64,000 nucleotides of DNA. It comes from Eledone cirrhosa (Eukaryota). Numbering within the stretch: the stretch's first letter is position 1; each line of letters starts with the position of its first letter. This document shows positions 53,561-64,000 of this stretch, in pieces. The stretch spans positions 620,001 through 684,000 of the forward strand of contig OZ024755.1 of the NCBI GenBank assembly GCA_964016885.1, given 5' to 3'. Under the pieces are notes generated by a model. It was not told the origin of the DNA. It did no database searches and was given only the letters and a program-made list of their open reading frames with translations. Made by a program: the position numbers and the translations under genes.

Positions 53561-55869
53561 CATATTTTGTTGCTAAGCTCTTCTAACATTTCGTTTTAAG
53601 ATGATGGGCTGAACAGACGATTCCATTTAGTCTTAATATTTTATACAAGTAGCTTTATTATCAATACATGACAAATCCTGCTCCTCCTCCTTCTCCTCAT
53701 CATCATCATTGTTATTGTTGTCACCCTCATCATCATATTCTCCCTATTTCTCTCTTTCCCTTTCATTTTCCCTCTTCTCTCCTTCACCACTTCTTCCCAT
53801 CCTCATCTCCTCTCCTCCAGATTACATAAAAATAACATTAACAAATCTATTGTTGCAATGACAGATTATTAAAATAAAAAGAAATCTTTCTTCAAACAGA
53901 AGACATTTACCTTTAAATTACATACAACTGTTTTAATAGAAGAATTTTTCAGAGAGGGAAAAAAAAAGAAAAAAATTCCAGCAAATTTCAATACAAGAAA
54001 GATGGTATATTTTATATAAACTAAAATAAATTAACCCTCTTGTTATGAACCTGGCTGAAACTGGCTTGTCTTCCAATGTAATTTTATATAAGAACCCAGT
54101 TCTGTCCCAGTTCTGCCTCTCTACTGTGGCTTTCTTCCACTGGAATATCCTGGTATTTCTTCACCCATCAATCATCATCAATACACATCACATGTCCACA
54201 CCGCAGTCTTGTATCCCACTTCAGATTCCTCTGCCGATACCTGGTCTATACTATTGACCAATTTCTGTCGATTCTTAATTTAGAATTTTCTTTGACCATC
54301 TTAAATTCCCAATGCAACCTTGCTCTTTACTTCCCACTTCTTCTGCTACACCTTTCTTCCCCTCTTCACAAGAATCATTGGTTTTATCTCTACCTATCTC
54401 CCTCTCTTCCTAATTTACTCAACTTCTTCCCTTGTAACTATTCTTTCTCAACTCCTTACATCAACTCTCCTCAATTATACACTTCTATGATTGTTTTATA
54501 TTTCATTTAGATTTTTTGTTTTTATTTTATTTTGGGGTTCTCAACTTGTTTTTCATTATCTTCACCTTCCGTCTTGAATTGAACACCTCTTTATCTTTCT
54601 ACCTGTCTTTTCACCTCACCTCTCTAGTTTTAACCCTCTCACACATGGTTTACCCCTGTCCTTACAATGATCACCTCCTTCACCTTCTACCTACCTTTTC
54701 ACCTTCCTCTCTAGTTTTAACTCTATCCATCTCTTATTCCAAACTTCTCCTCCTCTCGCTCTACCCCACACATGGTTTACCCCTATCTCCTCATATCACT
54801 ATTTGACTTAGATGTTATCATTTAACTAGCTTACAGTCAGAGCAACAACCTATATCTTTCTCTTTCTCACACGCAGACAAATCGCAAACATCTAAAACGT
54901 TTGATTTGTCACACCTCACAGCAAATGAATTTATCAAACTCTTTTAGGAATTCTTCTTTTGACATTGACTTTTGTTTTAGGAAAATTTATATAAATCTTT
55001 CTGAAATGTCTTTAGATTATCTTTTTTAAATAGTTTGACGTTAATAAAAGAAGACATTTCCTAACTGAGAACATTATTAATTCTTCTAAAGATGGCTACA
55101 TTTCCTTTGAGGTGTTTATTTCTTCAAGTAGCCACTTTTTAAGACAATCAAATCCTTGTGGTATCATAATGGTTTCTGATTTAGGTAGAAGGCCAACAAT
55201 TTTTAGGAGAAGGGAAAGTTAATTAAATCAACCCAGTACATTACTGGTACTTTATTTTATCAACACCTTAAGGATGAGAGGCAAAGCTAACCTCGGTGGG
55301 ATTTGAACTCAGTACATAAAGGGACGTAACTATATACCCAGACGATTACAAACACTGGTGGACAACGCTAGTGTCTATGTAGAATTTTAACACTGTATTG
55401 TACTTCTACCATTATACTGTTCAAAATAAAACATTTTCTGAAAATCGACCAATAATTAATATAATTATTAACCATTTTAAATAAGGAGTTTTCTTCCACC
55501 TACCCTTTAGGGGAAAATATTATTCGATTGGAAAGGATAACAAAGGAGCCTCTCTGAGATATTTGGTGGGCAAGAAATAGCAGCTTAATCTCCCTCAAAT
55601 CATATTTTACCATCATAAATAAAAGTACATTCAACAATATTGTCCCTGATATACAAAATACCTGATGGCCATGTTTGGAATATATTTGATCATATGCTGA
55701 AATCGGGGTTGTCTTGGGACTAAACAACAACAGTAATAACAACAACAGTAATAACAATAACAGTGAAGCAGATCTCTTGCCAGTTAGGATTTGAAATAAA
55801 GATATCCCCAGGAATATAAAAATATACCTTTTCTACAATTGATAGTTTCCTTATAACAGATGAATGTAT

Positions 55870-56400
55870 CATCATCACCATCACCATCATCACCATCGTC
55901 ATCATCATCACCACCACTTTTATGAAACTTCTTTCAGTTCTTGTTATCCGGTGATAATGATGATGGTGGTGATTGTGATGCTGGTGATGATGATGGTGAT
56001 GATGACGATGATGGTGGTGATGTTGATTGTGATGCTGGTGATGATGATGGTAATGATGATGATGATGGTGGTGGTGGTGGGGGTAGAGGTGGTGGTGGTG
56101 TTGGTAGAGGTGGTGGTGGTAGAGGTGGTGGTGGTAGAGGTGGTGGTGGTGTTGGTAGAGGTGGTGGTGGTGGTAGAGGTGGTGGTGTGGGTTGGTGGTG
56201 ATGGTGGTGGTGGTGGTAGATGTGGTGGTGATGAAGGTGGTGGCGGCAATGATAAGAATGATGGTGATGGTGGTGATCATGATGGTGATAGTGATGATGA
56301 TGTTGATGGTGGTGGTGATGGTGGCAGAAGTGTTGATGAGGATAGTAGTGGTAATGATAATGATGATGGAAATAGTGATGGTGATGATGATGATGATGCA
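55870..56400. repeat. (CAT/CAC)n then (GAT/GGT)n microsatellite
   Basis: Source of poly-His, Pro and Val pseudo-ORFs. Confidence 0.92.
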
Positions 56401-56845
56401 AGAATTGATGGAGAAGGTTTTATATATTTGCATAAATTAGTGAATGGGGTGGGATGTGGTGAGAGGAGGGAGTGTCAAATGAAAGGGGAACATAGTTGAA
56501 ACTGTGTTCTTTGTTAGGACATCAAAGAAGAACAGAAAGATTTAGTGAATCTGCATTGTATCAATAATTGCACAGCATAAGTGCAGCTTAAGTTCAGTAT
56601 GAGTGCAGTCCCCTGTATAATATTGCAGTGTGTAGATCAGAAGAGCTTTATTTACAAATGCAACCAAGTCTGGGAATCAATACTTTAGGAACTCTGCTGA
56701 AATGCTGATATATTTTGATCAAAGCTCAAGCTTCTAGAGTGAGATGAAGCTGTACTGAGGATTTTTTTATATTATACCATCAACTATGAGAGAGTAGGGG
56801 AGATGAAAGAGAGAAGGGGATAAAAGTTCGGGGAAGAAGAGAGAG

Positions 56846-56955
<110 letters not shown>

Positions 56956-57640
56956 TGTAGTTTGGAAACAAACTGTGTTTTTCAAAATTGGAACACCTTT
57001 CATCACAGGTGCACTCATCCAGGTAAACCTGGAGCTAAACAACAACAATAATGTCCACCAAATATTTACTTTCCTTAATTCAGTGTTTTTTTTCCTTCTC
57101 CATAAATAATTTGTTAGTATCTTCCATTAAGGGTTTATTGGCATGATAACAGTCCAGGAGATTACAATTCCACAACAGGAATAACAAATATTTTGAGACC
57201 ATTCCCCCACTGTTAAAGTAGAAGTTAACCTTGTGTACCCCAAAGTAGGCTTCATACTCATCACAGGGCCTGTTTTGAGGTAATATTCTACAGCCAGATG
57301 CCCTTCCTGGTGCCAACATATTTAGTAACCTCTTACAACATCCAAGTAATTATAATGAAAAGTAATTTTGAAGGGCTGTTGAAAATATACGAACTTTGTG
57401 GGTGAAAGTGGGTAGACAAAAATTGTAGAAATCTGTTAGATGAACTGTTCCTTTAATTCAAAGGTTCAGCCTCATTCCACACTGAGTTGGAATTATGTTA
57501 AGAGTACATATGACTATGGAATACTTAGCCACTTAAATAATAACTCAGTAAACTCCCTGATTTCCTTCTTTGAAATTAAAAGTAGTGCCACAAGAAAATA
57601 TAATACAATATTGCTAAAGACTATTGTAAAAAAAAATATA

Positions 57641-57739
57641 CAAGGTGTCCCCCCCAAAAAGTATACACTTTGATTACCTGCACAGGCAATATTTATTAGG
57701 ATGCTGTTGAAATGTGTATACATTTTTTAAGACACCCTG
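57641..57739. mobile_element. Tc1/mariner-type MITE (~100 bp) with TA target duplication
   Basis: TA|caaggtgtccccccaaaaagtatacac ... gtgtatacattttttaagacaccctg|TA imperfect TIRs. Confidence 0.75.
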
Positions 57740-59567
57740 TATATATATATATAGTTAGATATGGCATATCATATGAAAGAAAATATGAGGTGTTGCACCA
57801 AGAAAGCAGTCATTAATATGACATATGGTTGAGAAGACACAGATGAGAAGAGGAAGTAGAGGTAGGAGAGATAGAAGAGCATATTTCAAACTAAAATTGT
57901 CACAAGATATTCCTATTAATTGCTAGTATTTCTTATTAAATAACATATCATTGTGTAACCAATGCTACAGGTTGTCTTCTTCAGTTAGCAATGGAAATAT
58001 AAAAATGTACCTTGGAAATATTACACAACTAATTTGAAACTTTTCTGAAATAACCGTGTGCAAAAATATTCAAAAAATAAAAATACAATAATAAAAATAT
58101 AAAAATAGCAGGAAATAATGAAAGTTCATAAATATACATTGAATATTTACAGCAGAAACAAAAATTAAGAAAAACAAAAATGAAACTCACAAATATTTTT
58201 TCTACGAAACACCAGATAAATTTCTCACTGTTACAATGAGGAAACTGTTTGGAGAATTATTTGTTTGTTTTAACAATATTTTTGTTTATTTAGTACATTT
58301 TTTAAAATGTTTTATGGAAGTTTTCTTCTGATTTAGGAATTTATTTGTAAGGGAAGAATTTTTGATATTCTAATGTTGTTTATGCCTAATATTCTTCTTT
58401 AAGAAGATGTAGCCAAAAAAAAAAAAATGTTGGTATGTTTTGTTTTCATAGAAATATGCCTTAAACATTGGAAGGAATTCAGCTTTCCTATTCATTTGGT
58501 CTTTCACGGATTAAATTATGAAGTGAATACTCTTTTTTATGAATTTTTCTCTTTAGAACATTCGATATTTTATATTTTGGTATATCATGCATGGAACAAA
58601 CCAAGCAACTAATATCACATTTGAAGTTGCCAAAGAAATATATCAAAGAACATTGAATAGCAAAAAAGATAACATTATTTTGGAGCCAAGTTTATCAACA
58701 CAAAAAAAATTCTTTCTTTTAAAATGGTGACCTATTTGATATAAATAAGAATTTTATTATTATTTTTTTAAAATCGTTTTTGTATCTTGAATACATTTTC
58801 ATTTTTATTTTTCTATTTTTATTTGAATTTAAATGCATTTTATGCATTTTAGGTGCTGTAAGTAAATTGGAAAAAAAAAATTATTCAATAATTATATTTT
58901 AAAATATTCATGCTACAGGAAGAATTTCAATAATATAACATATTTATATCTAGTATATTTTGTTTCTTTTTTTCTTCAAAGTTTTACCGCTAAACTATTT
59001 AGGCATTCTATCAATTAAAATCAAATTAGGAGCTCTGGATATTTTAACAAAATTAAACTTGAGCAAACTACATTTTGAGGTCCATAAGCTAAGGAATTCA
59101 ATAAGTTACAGTTAAAATCTGTTGATATTCTGACAGAAAGAATATTCCTAATTTAGTCTTTATGTCTCTTCCTTTAATTCTGCTCTATAAGTATAATTGT
59201 AATGAGATAGAAAGCAGAATAGATGGGGCCAGTTCAATTATATATGATAAACTATTGATGTCTTCTTTCACTCAGAGACACCCTGGATCAATACATCAAT
59301 GAAAGACTGATATATTTAAGATATTTTCTCTCTCTGTCTTATAAATCTTAAATATTTATTTTATAGTCATGGCTGCGAGGTTAAAAAGTTAACTTCACAA
59401 CCACATGGTATCAGGTTTGATCCTATTGTGTGACACTTCAGCTAATGTCTAATATAGTTGTAAAGTTAATAGAAAGCATTGTAAGGTATGTAATAAAGGG
59501 ACAAGTGGAAGCTGTATTCATAATCATCATTATCAACATTGTTTCTACGTCCAATGTTTTTATATTA

Positions 59568-59675
59568 ATAGTAATAATACAAAGTATTGTGTAGAGAGCT
59601 CAGGTGCACTACAACTCATCAAAGGTGCATTATATAGTACATAGAATAATGTACAAATGTCAGGAAAGTGAAAGG
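59568..59675 (-). mobile_element. 3' UTR fragment of the CR1/L2-type LINE family
   Basis: Reverse complement of 62637-62740 (tttgatgagttgtagtgcacctgagc). Confidence 0.8.
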
Positions 59676-60682
59676 TTGGATGAGATCTCTCTCCTAACAG
59701 GGTTTTCTATATATGTATGCCCTTCCTGACACCAACACATTATTTTAAGTATGGTATGTATATACCAATAAATATTTATAAAACAGTAATGTTGGACATA
59801 TTGTTTATGGATGACATAAACAACAACTGCCTTCTAACTGGTTTTAAATAGTGTAAATATGACATTTGCAACAGCTGGCATACACATAAAACCACACAGA
59901 GAGACACACACATACAACCACACACACACACACAGATCGCTTTCTACAGTGTAGTCTACTAAACTCACACCTACGTCATCACTGAAACCAAGGCTTTAGT
60001 GGAAAACTTTTGTCTAAGGTGTCGCACAGTAGGACTCAAACTGAGACCATGTGGTTCCAAAACAAGTGTCTTAACCACATGGCTATCTAAAACTGGCTGG
60101 CCTAATGTTTCTACCAATTCAACACACCACTTCAATTTTATATTCTTCTTCTACTCCTCCTCCACCATTGCCTACTGTACCATATCTGTCTATCTATCCA
60201 TCTCCTTTCACACTATCAACCCCTTTCCAACCTCTCAACACCCTTCCCAAGGAATTCATAAATACTAAAGCTGACAAAATTTGCCTGACTTTCCTGAAAC
60301 AGTTCTAGTCCTGTAGAAGTCATTTGTATAAGATATATATATTCATTTAAGACTGAATTGTGAGTCTTGTTTGTTACTCTGGAGTTTTGTTTGTTTGACA
60401 TAGGGTCATCAGACAAGAACTACATACGAATATATATATATATATATATATATATAAGGGATAACAAAATATCATTATAGGTAATCCAGTTAGAGGTTGT
60501 GAATACTTCTTATTATGGATAGTTTTAGCGTACGGCGTTGTGTGACTCAACAAGAGGTTTACGTAGATGACGAGTTTATGATTCCACTTGTATTCCTGTG
60601 TAAGTTTATCTTGGAGTAATAACATTGAAGAAGTGAAGAATAACATGGTCAACAGTACAAAAAAGGGTATATATATTATTAT

Positions 60683-60878
60683 AGGGCGGTGGATTGGCAG
60701 TATCGGTAAGGGTCGGACGCCATGCTTTGAAGCATAGAGTTACCTCCCTTTATGATCTGAGTTCAAATCCCGCCGAGGTTAACTTTGCCTTTCATCCTTA
60801 CGGGGTCGATAAAATAAAGTACCAGTAATGCACTGGAATAATTGCTGGCCTTGTGCCAAAAGTAGAAACAATTATTAT
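60683..60878 (+). mobile_element. SINE family A, young copy (CpGs retained)
   Basis: Matches 32832-33022. Confidence 0.88.
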
Positions 60879-60929
60879 TGATGATGTAATTTGAATTTGT
60901 AAATTTGCCGGTTATATATATTGTTTATA

Positions 60930-61041
60930 ACAGTTTCTGATGATCTGATCGAGATAACATCGTATTTGAAATTGAGTGGCACTGCTTCTAGTGTTCAGCA
61001 ATTTTTAGACAACTTAATCAGAGAAACAATAGTTAGACTGT
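60930..61041 (+). ncRNA. Type I hammerhead motif with extended (~80 nt) stem II; core intact
   Basis: ACAGUUU-CUGAUGA-UCUGAUCGAG...CUUAAUCAGA-GAAA-CAAUAG-UU-AGACUGU. Confidence 0.75.
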
Positions 61042-61245
61042 AAATAAATCGCCTTTTTTGTACTGTTGACCATGTTATTCTTCACTTTTTCAATTATATA
61101 TATATATATATATATACATATATATATTTTTGGTGTCTGTATTGAATGTGTAAGAAAATCAGTAATATGTATGTAGTATATACATATATATATATAGATT
61201 TCTGTTGTCTGTATTGAGTATATAAGAAAATCAGTAATATATATA

Positions 61246-62740
61246 TTGCCAGTGTCATTCCCCTGTTCAAAAAGGGCGACCGCACGTCACCTGTCAACTA
61301 TCGTCCAGCCGGTCTTACTAGCTGTATTGCCAAACTGATGGAATCCTGTGTCAGAGAAACACTTTGGAAATTCTGGAGCTCTCACGGTCTGATCTGGCCC
61401 TCGCAATTTGGATTTATCCCTAACTCCAGCTGCTGTGATCAGCTTATCGAGTTCCTTGAGGACATCACCCGGATCACTGACAGCAGCTCATGGGTGGATG
61501 TTGTTTACCTTGACTTTGCTAAGGCTTTTAATTCTGTGCCACACAAAAGACTTATGGCGAAACTCTCTGCAATGGGTGTGAGGGATGATCTTTTTAACTG
61601 GCTGAAATCCTTCATTCTCAGCCGAAAAGAGGTAGTCACGGTTTTAGGACAGCATTCTTCACCATATGAGATGTCATCTGGTGTACCACAGGGATTTGTT
61701 CTTGGTCCCCTTTTGTTTGTGACATATATTAATGACATAGATGCCAACTTAAAGAATGCCACGGTACTGAAATATGCAGATGACATCAAGCTGTACCTTG
61801 AAATCAAAAGGACTGATCCTCAAATCAATAACTCTTTCCTACAATCAGACCTGGACACAATGCAGCAATAGATCACAGACTGGCAACTGAAGCTGGCTGT
61901 GAACAAGTGTACCACCATGCATTTTGGGAGGAAAAACCCAGCGTCCACATACTCCCTCCACAACACTGATATCAAGAAGTCCTCTTGTGAACGTGACCTA
62001 GGCATTACTGTCAGCAGTGATTTGCGTTGGACAAAGCACGTCTCTAAGATTGTCAAGAAGGCCGAGGGTGTCTTGGCATCACTCAGCAAGACCTTTGTTA
62101 GCCGCTCTCCAGCCATCTATTTAAAGCTATATACAGCTATGGTACGACCACACTTGGAATTCGCATCATCAGTCTGGAACCCCTATCTTGCTCAGAACAT
62201 TGACCTCCTGGAAACTGTTCAGAGACGTGCAACCAAGCGCATACCCTCCATCAGATATCTATCATACTCTGAACGCCTTGCTTCCCTGGGCATGGATTCA
62301 TTGAAGCTCCGACATCTGGTAATGGACTTGGTAAACACCCACAAAGTTATTAACCATCTCGCCAACAACAACCCTGAGCACCTTTTTGATCTCCATGTGT
62401 CTAACACACATGGACATGCCTACAAAATCAGAAAACAGCACAGCTCCCATGACTTTCGGAAACATTTTTTCACACTTAGAGTTGCTGAAGCATGGAACAA
62501 ACTGCCTGCGTCAGTTGTTAGCTGCCGAGACACTGCATCCTTTAAAACCCTCATGCTTCCCGAAATTTGCCAAAACTACACCTGATGTCCCTCTTCCATA
62601 CACATGCACACATGTGTATATCATGACTTATGCACTGTTCATTTTTCTGACGTTTGTACATTACCCTATGTACTATACATACATTTTTGATGAGTTGTAG
62701 TGCACCTGAGCACTGTACACAATATTTTCATTATTATTAT
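61246..62740 (+). mobile_element. CR1/L2-group LINE, 5'-truncated RT with one nonsense codon, 3' UTR and (ATT)n tail
   Basis: PLFKKGD...NYRP, QFGF, YLDFAKAFNSVPH, GVPQGFVLGPLLF, YADDIKL, ERDLGI, RPHLEFASSVWNP and HFFTLRVAEAWNKLP motifs; in-frame TAG at 61869-61871. Confidence 0.93.
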
Positions 62741-64000
62741 ATATATATATATATATACACACATATATTTCCAGTTGGTTATTGGAGTGCCTTTTTAACT
62801 CTCAGTGCTGAACACTTCGAAATCATTGACTGAAGTAGATTAATAAATGATTTTGTGCAAAGAACACGACAATACAGTACAACATTGTGCTATGGGAAGC
62901 AAGCTTGATGTTTGAAGTTGGCTTGCAGATCAGCCAGCAATAGAAAATCAATTCTATGCTTAAAAACATTATTGGATATATGCTGAGTACATATCAAGAT
63001 TTATTGATGAAGTCGCAGACTTGCACACAAATGATGATGTAAAAAAAAGAATTACAAAAAATATACAAAGATTTTTTTATGGCAAAAACAAAACAAAAAA
63101 AAATGTTTAAAAAAGCCCATAAAAAGAATTGGTATTGGGTGAAGCAATTCTATAAACAGATATTTAAGTGAATACATAAGTAAATAGTTTTCTGACCTCC
63201 AGCTGACTTCTAAACTCATCTACATCATTTCATATTCAATATTAACAACACAAATCTCACCTAAGCCATCCCAATAATCGTATAGTCTACTTCGGCCTAA
63301 GTTCACCAAGGCTTCAGTCTTTTTCTTGGAATTCTCCTCCTGTTCTTCTGTCATCATCATAATTGTTATCACTTTTCTATGTGAACTTCAGTTCTTTCAT
63401 GGATGAATCCCCATCATCATCATCATTTTTCCATGTAGGCTTCAGTTCTTTCATGGATGAATCATCATCACCATTATCATCATCACCATTATCATCATCA
63501 TCATTGTTGTCATCATTTTTCGAACAGTAACATTGACCTTAATGAGATTTAAACCCAAAGGTCAGAAAGCTGGAACAAATATCGTGATCCATTTTATCCA
63601 TGGTCTAATGATTCCACCTAATCAACATTTTTTTTTTTACCAAAAACAAAAAATATGAACACAAAAATAGAAAATAAATGTAAATATAAATAAATTTCTT
63701 CTCTCAAGCATTATGCTTCATAATTAATTTGTATTCAGATAAATTTTTACTAGTTTCAGTCATTGAACTGTCTTCCAGAGATTCAATCAATAATATTGAC
63801 CCCAGCACTTATTTTTACTATATATATATATTTATGTTTCTACCATCAGATACCTAATTGTAATGTTATTAGTATGTTTTTTAGTTTTCCTTCAACAATA
63901 AATATCATTTTCTATACATTATATTCATGGCTGTTAATTTTTCTTAAAGTAAATACATGTAAATAAATACATAGATAAATATGTACTTATATTTAGCAAA

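Larger units (their letters stand above)
60457..61093 (+). mobile_element. Second copy of the hammerhead-bearing (TA)n element, with extra internal sequence, an inverted 3' fragment (60630-60668) and a nested SINE
   Basis: Matches 35319-35616; aagtgaagaataacatggtcaacagtacaaaaaagg is the reverse complement of 61052-61088. Confidence 0.8.

Overview
Eukaryotic, AT-rich, microsatellite- and transposon-dense DNA; the SINE/RTE repertoire and composition suggest an octopus (coleoid cephalopod), which is an inference. The only host coding sequence I can support is the 55-nt first coding exon of a kinesin-3 KIF13/Khc-73 gene on the minus strand (2442-2496), with its promoter in a CpG-retaining zone. 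The remaining ~60 kb is CpG-depleted and repeat-filled: a 5'-truncated RTE LINE with a PHD finger inside its RT region, a CR1/L2-type LINE, an R4/Dong endonuclease fragment in (TAA)n, Helitron and hAT fragments, mariner/piggyBac-like MITEs, many tRNA-derived SINEs, a 31-bp twin-hairpin minisatellite and many simple repeats. Nearly all ORFs in the supplied track are microsatellite artefacts. The most interesting signal is a set of eight minimal type I hammerhead ribozyme motifs from about five sequence families, with palindromic stem III as in Penelope-like elements. They lie in short elements next to (TA)n or (CA)n tracts. Several further fold-back elements have a hairpin apex that appears to be the ribozyme stem II. 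All structure calls were made by eye and coordinates may be off by a few bases.
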